IMG/VR virus record: IMGVR_UViG_3300013116_000108
Location: 140,101 to 204,100 of that record
Reading direction: 5' to 3' (one strand)
Length of the DNA stretch: 64,000 bases
A model generated the notes under the pieces. It was not told where the DNA came from. It saw nothing but the letters and a program-made list of their open reading frames with translations, and ran no database searches. Of the stretch, positions 56,098-64,000 are shown one piece after another (the stretch's first letter is position 1; each line of letters begins with the position of its first letter). Position numbers and translations under genes: made by a program.

Positions 56098-56582
56098 AAA
56101 TCCTATGTATAGGAAATGGTGTTAGTTTAAAAAATAACCTACACGTTATTGCCTGGCCGTACCATTACAAGATAGGAACTAAACGGCAGTACAAAAGATT
56201 TGATGATTTAGATTTTATTGCTGTAGCAGATAAACAGCCAGCAGAATTATTAAGTGAAGAATACAAAGGAAAAATTATTACAAAATGGAATGATAAAGAA
56301 AACTTTATTGTTCCAGAAGAAGCAGACGATGACGACATAACAGGCACACTACAAATGAAATATGCTGTTGAACTAGGCGGCACAATAATTCATACAGTAG
56401 GATTTGACTGTTTAAAAAATCGTATAGAAAAAGATGAAACATGGGAATGGACAAAGCCAGGTCCATGGAATATGAATGACGAGCAACAAGCACAATGGGA
56501 TAGGGCATTAATGGATACATGGAAACAAAAAATGAGAGCCATTGAACATAAGCATTTGAATATACAATGGAGACATTTTTAA
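56094..56582 (+). CDS. GT42/MAF_flag10-like protein, distant paralog of 1428..2081
   Basis: ILCIGNGVSL, DFIAVAD and IHTVGFD. Confidence 0.45.
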   Translation: MKILCIGNGVSLKNNLHVIAWPYHYKIGTKRQYKRFDDLDFIAVADKQPAELLSEEYKGKIITKWNDKENFIVPEEADDDDITGTLQMKYAVELGGTIIHTVGFDCLKNRIEKDETWEWTKPGPWNMNDEQQAQWDRALMDTWKQKMRAIEHKHLNIQWRHF

Positions 56583-57331
56583 TGAACTTAAAAGTAACTA
56601 GAGTAGAACACTACACAGACAAGTTATTTAAAATTAGAACAGAGCGTCCTAGAACATTTAGATTTAGAGCAGGCGAGTTTGTAATGATTGGAATAGACAA
56701 TTGGTCAGAAAAACTACAAAAGAATAAACCAATAATGAGAGCATATAGTCTTACTAGTGGACCGTATGATGAGTTTTTAGAGTTCTATAGTATTAAAGTA
56801 CCAGACGGTCCATTAACAAGTAAACTACAACATATTAAAGTTGGTGATGAATTAATTGTAGGCGAAAAGCCTACAGGAACATTAACAATCTCTAATGTAG
56901 CACTAGGAGGAAACTTATGGCTTATGGGGACCGGAACAGGCATTGCTCCGTTTATGAGTATCTTGAGAGATCCTGAAACGTACGAGCATTATGACAACAT
57001 ATATGTTACTTGGACAACCGGAACACACGAAGATCAAGAATCATTTAGCCATATTATAGAAACATTTAATTGTAACTTTATACCAACGTATACAAGAGAA
57101 GAGCCTGTAAATTATGAAGGTGTGACACACAAATACAAAGGAAGAATAACAAACTTAATTAAAGATGGTGTAGTGTTTAACAAAGCAACACCTGAAAATG
57201 ATAAAGTTATGCTGTGTGGTAGCATGGCATTTAATTTAGAGATGAAAGAATATTTAGAAGCACGTGGCTGGAAAGAAGGTAGTGTTAAAGAAGAAGGAAC
57301 ATTTGTCTTAGAAAAGGCTTTTGTAGGATAA
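56582..57331 (+). CDS. fpr: Ferredoxin(flavodoxin)-NADP+ reductase
   Basis: RFRAGEFVMIG, RAYS, GPLTSKL, GTGTGIAPF, MLCGS and EKAFVG; start coupled via TAATG at 56582. Confidence 0.92.
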   Translation: MNLKVTRVEHYTDKLFKIRTERPRTFRFRAGEFVMIGIDNWSEKLQKNKPIMRAYSLTSGPYDEFLEFYSIKVPDGPLTSKLQHIKVGDELIVGEKPTGTLTISNVALGGNLWLMGTGTGIAPFMSILRDPETYEHYDNIYVTWTTGTHEDQESFSHIIETFNCNFIPTYTREEPVNYEGVTHKYKGRITNLIKDGVVFNKATPENDKVMLCGSMAFNLEMKEYLEARGWKEGSVKEEGTFVLEKAFVG

Positions 57332-57576
57332 TGAAAATAAGATACTACAGAGAAATAGATGGCTGGAGATGGATAGGATTTATACTAGCCATGGTGGGGG
57401 CATTTATTTTAAGTGGTGGTGATCCTGCTGTACAATGGATAGGATGGACTATTGCTGTGTTCTCTTGTAGTATATGGATATACATGGGCATAAAAGATAA
57501 AGACACGCCCAGAGCATTAATGGAAGTAATGTATTTGTTACTTGCTTTAAGAGGAATTTGGAATTGGGTATTATGA
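57331..57576 (+). CDS. Small 3-TM membrane protein (half-PnuC/PQ-loop-like)
   Basis: Three hydrophobic segments; C-terminal LRGIWNW. Confidence 0.45.
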   Translation: MKIRYYREIDGWRWIGFILAMVGAFILSGGDPAVQWIGWTIAVFSCSIWIYMGIKDKDTPRALMEVMYLLLALRGIWNWVL

Positions 57577-58016
57577 GAAAAATTAGTCATAGAGGAAATT
57601 TAATAGGACCTAATCCTGAAAGAGAAAATAGTCCGCATTATATTTTTGAAGCATTAGCAGAAGGATTTGATGTTGAGATAGACGTATGGGTTCATAATGG
57701 GCATGTTCAACTTGGACACGACCGCCCGACGTATTCAGTAAATAGAAATATGCTTAAGATTAATGGCTTATGGTGCCATGCTAAAAACATTGAAGCACTA
57801 GAGTTTATGATGAACGAAGGCGACATACATTGTTTTTGGCACCAGGGCGATGATATTACATTAACAAGCAACGGTTATTTTTGGACACACTCTGACTGTA
57901 ATACTTACACACCAAAGTCAGTAGCATGTCATATGGAACAACCAACTGAAGAAGAATTAAAAATATATAAAAATTGCTACGGTGTTTGTAGTGATTACAT
58001 TGGAGTTATAGAATGA
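57558..58016 (+). CDS. Glycerophosphodiester phosphodiesterase-like (short PLC/GDPD)
   Basis: ISHRGN...EN...GFDVEIDVW...LGHD and WCHAKN. Confidence 0.75.
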   Translation: MELGIMRKISHRGNLIGPNPERENSPHYIFEALAEGFDVEIDVWVHNGHVQLGHDRPTYSVNRNMLKINGLWCHAKNIEALEFMMNEGDIHCFWHQGDDITLTSNGYFWTHSDCNTYTPKSVACHMEQPTEEELKIYKNCYGVCSDYIGVIE

Positions 58017-58450
58017 AAGGGTTTTGGAATAAGTTTACAACAAGATTTGCTGTACCCTTATTAATTATTACCCAAATAATTACACTATATGATGGTTGGG
58101 AATCACGTATAGAAGAAAGAGCGTATCAAGAAGAATTAGTAAGATGTGTGAAGCAACACTTTCACTATACACAAGAAGATTTAATGGTAACATTACCTGA
58201 CGGTAGTAAAGTATCAGAAGCAGAATTCTGGGATGATGAGTTTGATGAAACAGGTGTTGTGTATTGGGAAAAGGAATCTAACTGTAAGATGTTTAGTTTA
58301 CAGTCCCCGATATCAGATTACACACCTCAAAGGATCGCAGACAGATGGTTGGGTGAAGTGTTTTGGACATACAAGAACAACAAAGATAGATTCCTAGCAT
58401 GGATTGATTACTTGTTCATGAGAAAAGCAACAGAGGATATAAGAGGATGA
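58013..58450 (+). CDS. Hypothetical protein with an N-terminal hydrophobic anchor
   Basis: FAVPLLIITQIITLY segment; coupled ORF. Confidence 0.55.
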   Translation: MKGFWNKFTTRFAVPLLIITQIITLYDGWESRIEERAYQEELVRCVKQHFHYTQEDLMVTLPDGSKVSEAEFWDDEFDETGVVYWEKESNCKMFSLQSPISDYTPQRIADRWLGEVFWTYKNNKDRFLAWIDYLFMRKATEDIRG

Positions 58451-59199
58451 AGATAGCAATTTGTGTTAGTGGACAATTAAGAGGAAGATACGAAGAGTGT
58501 ATACCTACTTGGGAGAAAATGTTTGACCCACGTGTTGACCAAATAGATTATTTTGTACATACTTGGACTAATTCTACAGCACCAAATAAAGTAGCATATG
58601 CTAATAAAGATGACGAAGAAAAAATTCATAACAATCACGAAATTAATACAGTTAAGAATTTATTAAAACCTAAAAAAATATTAGTTGAAGATCCTATTGA
58701 CTTTGCTAACAGAGGTAGAGACCAACATGAGTGGGCAGTATTTGATCCTAACTATCATAGCCAGTTTTATGGTGTAATGATGGCTTGTCATTTAAAGCAA
58801 CAATACGAACGCGAGTTTGCTATGGAATATGATTTGTGTGTTAGAATGAGATTTGACAACTATGTCCAGGAAGGTGATGCTAGATTAACATCGTGTTCTA
58901 TGGGGCATGTTAATATTATACACCAAATGTTTGACACGCATCATCATCTATATAGATGTAGTGATGTATATTGGTCAGCATCAAGTTTTGATTATGATCG
59001 TATTTGTGATTTTTATAGTTGTATTCCTAAGTATAAACGTTCTTGGTTTGATGGAGGGGCGGACAAAGAATACGGTCCAGAGCATGTTTTATCATTTCAT
59101 ATAAAAGCAAATCATATAAAACCAATACAAACATATATGCCAATAAAATTAAAACGAGAAGAAAAACATTATAGCGGAGGCGCCCATGAGATCACCTAG
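58447..59199 (+). CDS. Putative glycosyltransferase-like protein (AICxSGQLR family)
   Basis: KIAICVSGQLR, DYFVHTW and YDLCVRMRFD. Confidence 0.5.
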   Translation: MKIAICVSGQLRGRYEECIPTWEKMFDPRVDQIDYFVHTWTNSTAPNKVAYANKDDEEKIHNNHEINTVKNLLKPKKILVEDPIDFANRGRDQHEWAVFDPNYHSQFYGVMMACHLKQQYEREFAMEYDLCVRMRFDNYVQEGDARLTSCSMGHVNIIHQMFDTHHHLYRCSDVYWSASSFDYDRICDFYSCIPKYKRSWFDGGADKEYGPEHVLSFHIKANHIKPIQTYMPIKLKREEKHYSGGAHEIT

Positions 59200-59908
59200 A
59201 ATAGCAATATGTTGGAGTGGACAATTACGAACAGGCCTTCGAGCAGTTCCTTACTTGTTAAAGTTTTTTGAAAATATAAAAGCGGATCATTTTTATCACA
59301 GTTGGAATAATGATCAGCCACAAGAAGATTGGGATAAACTTAACGAGTTATTAAATCCAGTAGATTGTTTTGTTGAGAAACCCTGGAAACATCCTGGGTT
59401 CGCAGGTAATATGCTATACAGTATACAGCAATCTAATTGGCTTAAAAGACAATATGAAATTAAACATAATTTTAGATACGACATTGTAATAAAATGTAGA
59501 TTTGACTTATTAATTCCTATACATAAACGCTGGACATATGATACTGTTGTCGACAGAAGTATATATTATAGTATAGGAAACAACGGTTTGGTTTTAACAG
59601 ATTTTGCCACACACGGATTAAGTGATTTAATTTACTGGGGCAATAGTCATGCTATGGATATTATTAGTGACACTTACAGATACTATCATAATGTAATGTG
59701 GCAAAAACAACAATATTGTTTAACAGGTGGTAATACAGACCCTGAAGATACAATGTATTCGCCCGGAACAATAATGTATCAATTAGGCCAAAAATATAAT
59801 TTGAGAATGATACAGATAAATCCGCAACTAGGAGAAACACTTTGGCGCTCTAGTGTATCACATTTAGATCCATATTTAGATTGGGACGAAATAAGGGCGG
59901 CCTATTAA
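59186..59908 (+). CDS. Putative glycosyltransferase-like protein (AICxSGQLR family), tandem paralog
   Basis: RIAICWSGQLR, DHFYHSW and YDIVIKCRFD. Confidence 0.5.
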   Translation: MRSPRIAICWSGQLRTGLRAVPYLLKFFENIKADHFYHSWNNDQPQEDWDKLNELLNPVDCFVEKPWKHPGFAGNMLYSIQQSNWLKRQYEIKHNFRYDIVIKCRFDLLIPIHKRWTYDTVVDRSIYYSIGNNGLVLTDFATHGLSDLIYWGNSHAMDIISDTYRYYHNVMWQKQQYCLTGGNTDPEDTMYSPGTIMYQLGQKYNLRMIQINPQLGETLWRSSVSHLDPYLDWDEIRAAY

Positions 59909-60345
59909 TGATTATTAGTACTATAGATTTGTTTTGTTACTATGATATAAAAGGTGCTGACGAAGAGGTATTATTTGGCTTGAGCAATATGGATCACCCT
60001 ACAACGGAGTCTAAATTTAATACAGCACTACATAGTTTCACAGTATACAAAGATTGTTTTAGAGTGTTCTGGGAACAATGGCAAGATAGTGGCGTAGTAC
60101 AAAAGAAGTTTTTGGATAAAGTTATTGTACCAGACTTAGAAGAAATGCCTAGCAATACTAGGAAATTTAATTATGAAAATCTAAATGAAGTAAGTTGCTA
60201 TATACAACAACTAACTGGAATAAAATTTAACCCAAGTTATAAATCTTCTTCTTATAAACAAGGTGATGTGTTGAAAGATATAAGGCCAGCACTACTTGAA
60301 AAATTTAAAACATACAACGAAGAATTAGGATATGAATATGAGTAA
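59908..60345 (+). CDS. Hypothetical protein
   Basis: Probable start MIISTID, coupled via TAATG to the previous stop codon. Confidence 0.5.
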   Translation: MIISTIDLFCYYDIKGADEEVLFGLSNMDHPTTESKFNTALHSFTVYKDCFRVFWEQWQDSGVVQKKFLDKVIVPDLEEMPSNTRKFNYENLNEVSCYIQQLTGIKFNPSYKSSSYKQGDVLKDIRPALLEKFKTYNEELGYEYE

Positions 60346-61201
60346 AACTATTTTAGTAGCAGGCGATAGTTGGACCTTTGGTAGCGAAATTAAAGACCCT
60401 ACATTATCTAAGGATATTAAAGACTGGGACGTAAAAAATAACAGTTACCGTATTCCTAGAATATGGCCTACGTTACTTGCTACAGAGTTAGGCACAAGTT
60501 TAACTAACTTATCTTATCCGGCGGCAAGTAACGACCGCATATTAAGATTAACTGAAAGTTGGTTGTATGAAAACTATATTAGTATAAACAAAGACACTAG
60601 GGACCTTACAGTTATAATCGGCTGGACTAGTCCAGAACGTAAAGATTTTGTATACGATGATCCTAGTAAAAAACATAGTAACCCTAACTGGACAACTATA
60701 TGGCCACAGCAAGGTGGCTTTAATTATATACAACCAGGCATGAATAGTTTCTTTAAAACTTATGTAACTTACTTGTGGCACGAAAGAGAAGCACTTAGCA
60801 GATATGTACATCAAGTAACAGCAATACAAAACTTATGTAAAGTACATAATATTAAACTGTTAATGTTCCAAGCATTCTATGATAAAGGTTTAGGTATACA
60901 TGGAGCAGATGAAAACATAGATACTTTTAGAGATTACAAAAACCCAGGTTATATAAATGATGAATTTGAGAAAGCAGAAATAGGAGAAAATTATCCAGGC
61001 TGGCATCATCATTACAGCAATGAATTAAACAAAACCATGTGGGAATGTTTAGACCAAAAAATATTCTTACAACAAAGTTTCTTTGGCTATATGAAAAAGC
61101 ACGACATAGATAAAACTATAACAGGACAACATCCTAATGAACTAGGGCATAAACTTTGGGCAGACTATATTAAAGATTATATAACAGGAGAGTTACAATG
61201 A
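60332..61201 (+). CDS. SGNH/GDSL hydrolase-family protein
   Basis: VAGDSWTFG, AASNDRI and QHPNELGH. Confidence 0.8.
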   Translation: MNMSKTILVAGDSWTFGSEIKDPTLSKDIKDWDVKNNSYRIPRIWPTLLATELGTSLTNLSYPAASNDRILRLTESWLYENYISINKDTRDLTVIIGWTSPERKDFVYDDPSKKHSNPNWTTIWPQQGGFNYIQPGMNSFFKTYVTYLWHEREALSRYVHQVTAIQNLCKVHNIKLLMFQAFYDKGLGIHGADENIDTFRDYKNPGYINDEFEKAEIGENYPGWHHHYSNELNKTMWECLDQKIFLQQSFFGYMKKHDIDKTITGQHPNELGHKLWADYIKDYITGELQ

Positions 61202-61524
61202 TAGAATTATTTTTAAATGCTATACCAAATGTTCTTTCTGCTATGTTTGTAGGTTCTACAGCAGGAGGTTTAGTACAAGTATGCGAAGAAGACTTTCCAA
61301 AGTTAAGTAAGTTTAAAGATAAAATGATTACTGTTATGAAAGAAAATAATGTCGACGAAAATATACAAACAGCATTTTGGAAATCATATGACGATACTTA
61401 CAACGGTGTTAAACTTCCAGCAGTATGTGAAGAAGCATTAGCGGCAGTAGGATCTTCAAAACAAGAATTAGAAAACGCATTAAACGGTGCGGGTAATCCA
61501 AATACAGAAGGAGTGTTAGAATGA
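61198..61524 (+). CDS. Hypothetical protein with a hydrophobic N-terminus
   Basis: Coupled ORF; two cysteines. Confidence 0.5.
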   Translation: MIELFLNAIPNVLSAMFVGSTAGGLVQVCEEDFPKLSKFKDKMITVMKENNVDENIQTAFWKSYDDTYNGVKLPAVCEEALAAVGSSKQELENALNGAGNPNTEGVLE

Positions 61525-62282
61525 AAAAAGTAGTTAGTGGAGGAGATAGTTTTCCATGTGGCATGGGTTTAGGCCCAGATAGATTTGAAACATCTTATCC
61601 GGCCAGAATAGCAACAGAGCTCGGTGCCAAATTAACAAGTGTAGCACGGCCCGGGTGTTGTAACTTTGCTATTAGTTTAATGGTACAATGGATGGTTGAT
61701 AACTATGACGAGGATACATTTTATATCATAAGTACTACTAACGAAGATAGATTACATTGGTTGCGTCCTGGTATTGTATATAACAATAAACACGTTGTAA
61801 ATTTAGAAGAACTTAATTACGAAGACTACTTAGAATTTCTATTAACCGACTTACCGTTTTCCCCTAACAACACAATTAATTCAGAAACTTGTAGTAATAT
61901 ACTTTTACACGCTGAAGGCAATATGATGGTAGGTACATCCTTAAGTTGCTGGAATGGAGAAAGTTTTAGGTCTAGAGAACCAGAAAGTAGAATAAAAGCA
62001 CTTGAACAGTATATTAAACTACTACACGATAGTAAAATAAAACGTCATGAGGATATTAGTTTATTATCGTTACAACTAAGAAGATTAAACGAGAAAACTA
62101 AAAACTGGATATTATTAACTCCGTGGCACGAATTAGAAAACGAGTTTAAAGACAACACAATTGAAACTCAATTTGGTACATTAAGTAAAGACTATCCTGA
62201 CGATAGAGGTAGCGGTCATTTTAATGCTACTGGACATAGAATAGTGTTTAACAACTTTATGAAATGGTACAATGCGAGATAA
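61521..62282 (+). CDS. SGNH/GDSL hydrolase-family protein
   Basis: SGGDSFPCG, GCCNFAI and GHFNATGH. Confidence 0.75.
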   Translation: MKKVVSGGDSFPCGMGLGPDRFETSYPARIATELGAKLTSVARPGCCNFAISLMVQWMVDNYDEDTFYIISTTNEDRLHWLRPGIVYNNKHVVNLEELNYEDYLEFLLTDLPFSPNNTINSETCSNILLHAEGNMMVGTSLSCWNGESFRSREPESRIKALEQYIKLLHDSKIKRHEDISLLSLQLRRLNEKTKNWILLTPWHELENEFKDNTIETQFGTLSKDYPDDRGSGHFNATGHRIVFNNFMKWYNAR

Positions 62283-63012
62283 AAAACTTTTATACACAAA
62301 CGGCGATAGTTGGACATATGGTGAATGTTTAAAAGAGGAAGAACATCCATCCAACGAACAAAGTTATAAATTTTATAACACATGGCCATGGCACGTTAAA
62401 GAACATTATAACATACCTCAGTTAATTAATGACGGCCGTGGCGGCGGAAGTAATGCTAGAATATATAGAAGAACAATAGAATTTATACAAAATTATAATG
62501 GCGATTTATCAGATGTTGCTATAGTAGTTGCTTGGAGTAGTAGTGAAAGATCTGAGATTCCTATACCAGCAGAAATAGATGACGAAAACGGTGTAGAAAG
62601 ATTTACATGGACTGATAGACAATATTGGACATGGACTATAAATTCTAGAACAGAAGATGCACCTTCTAATGTTTACAAACCAGAAAGTTTTTCAAAAACA
62701 ATGACATTACTAAAACATCCTTGTGTAGATATGCCAATAACCAAAAACTTAATGTGGGGTTTACAAGAAATATGTAAAGCAAACAATATCGAACTACATC
62801 AGTTTATGGCGTTACATTGTGCTGAGTTTGAACCAACTGATCCGGACTTTGATCCAGCACTAACAAGAAAAATTAAATACCATACACCGTCGTTTATTTC
62901 GCAAATAAACAGAACAAAACCAGATTTAATTTGTGACTGTAGGCATCCAAATGAAGCAGGTCACAAATACATAGCAAACTTTGTAACAAAAAAGATAGGA
63001 GAAAAAGTATGA
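62272..63012 (+). CDS. SGNH/GDSL hydrolase-family protein
   Basis: TNGDSWTYG, GGSNARI and RHPNEAGH. Confidence 0.8.
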   Translation: MRDKKLLYTNGDSWTYGECLKEEEHPSNEQSYKFYNTWPWHVKEHYNIPQLINDGRGGGSNARIYRRTIEFIQNYNGDLSDVAIVVAWSSSERSEIPIPAEIDDENGVERFTWTDRQYWTWTINSRTEDAPSNVYKPESFSKTMTLLKHPCVDMPITKNLMWGLQEICKANNIELHQFMALHCAEFEPTDPDFDPALTRKIKYHTPSFISQINRTKPDLICDCRHPNEAGHKYIANFVTKKIGEKV

Positions 63013-63125
63013 TTAGGCGTATAAAGAGATTCTTTACTGATATAATTAATAGAATCAAAATGGAACGAGCATACAGAAAAAAACTTAAAGACATCAAAAA
63101 ACGAGATCCGTTTATTTACAAGTAA
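63009..63125 (+). CDS. 38 aa basic micro-protein
   Basis: MIRRIKRFFTDIINRIKMERAYRKKLKDIKKRDPFIYK*; SD AGGAG; ATGA overlap with the upstream stop. Confidence 0.65.
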   Translation: MIRRIKRFFTDIINRIKMERAYRKKLKDIKKRDPFIYK

Positions 63126-63241
63126 TGGGAACTTTTACTTTAGCATCGGGACTAGGATTGTTATTTACAGGCATAGTTGTAATGGCTGTCATAGGTCTCA
63201 CAGGAGTTTGGATACTTAATAAAATTAAGGACGAAGACTAA
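63125..63241 (+). CDS. 38 aa single-TM micro-protein
   Basis: MGTFTLASGLGLLFTGIVVMAVIGLTGVWILNKIKDED*; TAATG coupling at both ends. Confidence 0.65.
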   Translation: MGTFTLASGLGLLFTGIVVMAVIGLTGVWILNKIKDED

Positions 63242-63972
63242 TGAATATAGTAGTAGCAATGGCCGGAGAAGGTTCTAGATTTGTTGAGTCAGGGCATGTT
63301 TACCCTAAGCCTTTAATTAGAACAGGAAATACAACTATGATACAAAATGTGTATTATAGTTTAGAGTGGCCTAATGCTGATTGGCATTTTGTTGTAAAAA
63401 TGCAACATCTTAAAGATTATCCTTTTATGAAATCGCTGTTAGAAAGTATGGGCAGTATAACAACAATAGAAGAAACTACACGTGGTGCGGCTGAAACGTT
63501 ACAAAAGTGTAAAGAAGTAATGACTAGTAGTAAGCCTTTTATTAGTGTTAATTGCGATCAAGTTTTTGAATGGGATACTACAAGTTTACAAAATAAAATG
63601 AAGGGCAATCCAGATACAAGTTACATAACAGTTTACCCTCATACTGATACTCAACGACATAGTTTTGCTCATACAAAAAACGACTCGGATAAAGTTTGGA
63701 TGTGTACTGAAAAAACAACAGCAGGACATCCTACTAATAATGCTACAACAGGTTTTTATCATTTTCATAATGGTGAAATTTTTAATGATAGTGTTAGCAG
63801 ATTATTATCTAAGCCACCCGAGTTTGGAGAATATTATGTTGCGGCTGTTTACAATGAATTAATAAGAGACAATCATGATGTAAGAATAGAGAAAGTTCAT
63901 TCTAAAACATTTTGGCCAGTGGGTACACAACATGATTGGCAACACTATACACACAGGCACTACAGGAGATAA
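63241..63972 (+). CDS. Sugar-phosphate nucleotidyltransferase (NTP_transferase/LicC-like)
   Basis: IVVAMAGEGSRF...YPKPLI, VNCDQ, EYYVAAVYN and VGT. Confidence 0.8.
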   Translation: MNIVVAMAGEGSRFVESGHVYPKPLIRTGNTTMIQNVYYSLEWPNADWHFVVKMQHLKDYPFMKSLLESMGSITTIEETTRGAAETLQKCKEVMTSSKPFISVNCDQVFEWDTTSLQNKMKGNPDTSYITVYPHTDTQRHSFAHTKNDSDKVWMCTEKTTAGHPTNNATTGFYHFHNGEIFNDSVSRLLSKPPEFGEYYVAAVYNELIRDNHDVRIEKVHSKTFWPVGTQHDWQHYTHRHYRR

Positions 63973-63973
63973 C

Positions 63974-64000
63974 ATGAAGATATTTGATTTTAAGAACATG
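63974..64000 (+). CDS. Start of the next ORF (MKIFDFKNM..., truncated)
   Basis: ATG after the SD AGGAG; only 9 codons visible. Confidence 0.4.

Noticed and set aside
608-63862. Many antisense or nested ORFs in the track (e.g. 997..1332, 4945..5214, 6698..7072, 20517..20939, 25317..25688, 45289..45822, 51081..51437)
   Set aside because: They lie within or opposite well-supported genes, have Ser/Leu/Phe-rich shadow composition and lack SDs.
1-64000. Stop-codon reassignment, introns/inteins, diversity-generating retroelement
   Set aside because: Conserved genes are intact and of expected size under code 11, with TAA, TAG and TGA all used as stops. No reverse transcriptase, homing endonuclease or template/variable repeat pair was noticed.

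Overview
This AT-rich 64 kb window is part of a large T4-like myophage genome, probably an aquatic or marine jumbo-type phage. It uses the standard genetic code and has no tRNA, rRNA, CRISPR array, integrase or transposase that I can see. Left part, minus strand: tail-fibre-like genes, the head module (gp23 major capsid, gp22 scaffold, gp21 protease, gp20 portal) and a tape-measure-like gene. Middle: a gp26/gp51-like chaperone pair joined by a likely -1 frameshift, a ~500 bp structured non-coding region and an Hjc-like resolvase. Next come a four-enzyme biosynthetic-type cluster (ANL ligase, methyltransferase, B12 radical SAM, 2OG-Fe(II) oxygenase), gp46/gp47 and the late sigma factor gp55. 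Right part, plus strand: baseplate and tail genes, including a PAAR-muramidase fusion and a 4342 aa wedge protein, interrupted by an inverted radical SAM/SDR/PncA operon. The window ends in an ~11.5 kb glycan-modification-type island. The strongest non-obvious signals are (1) a glutamine (glnA-type) riboswitch starting at +1 of a phage late promoter and controlling an unannotated 46 aa basic peptide; (2) a free-standing ~295 nt ncRNA with two tandem kissing-loop modules, its own sigma70 promoter and a terminator; (3) the biosynthetic cluster; (4) the chaperone frameshift. All family assignments come from motif recognition by eye. No database search or folding program was run.
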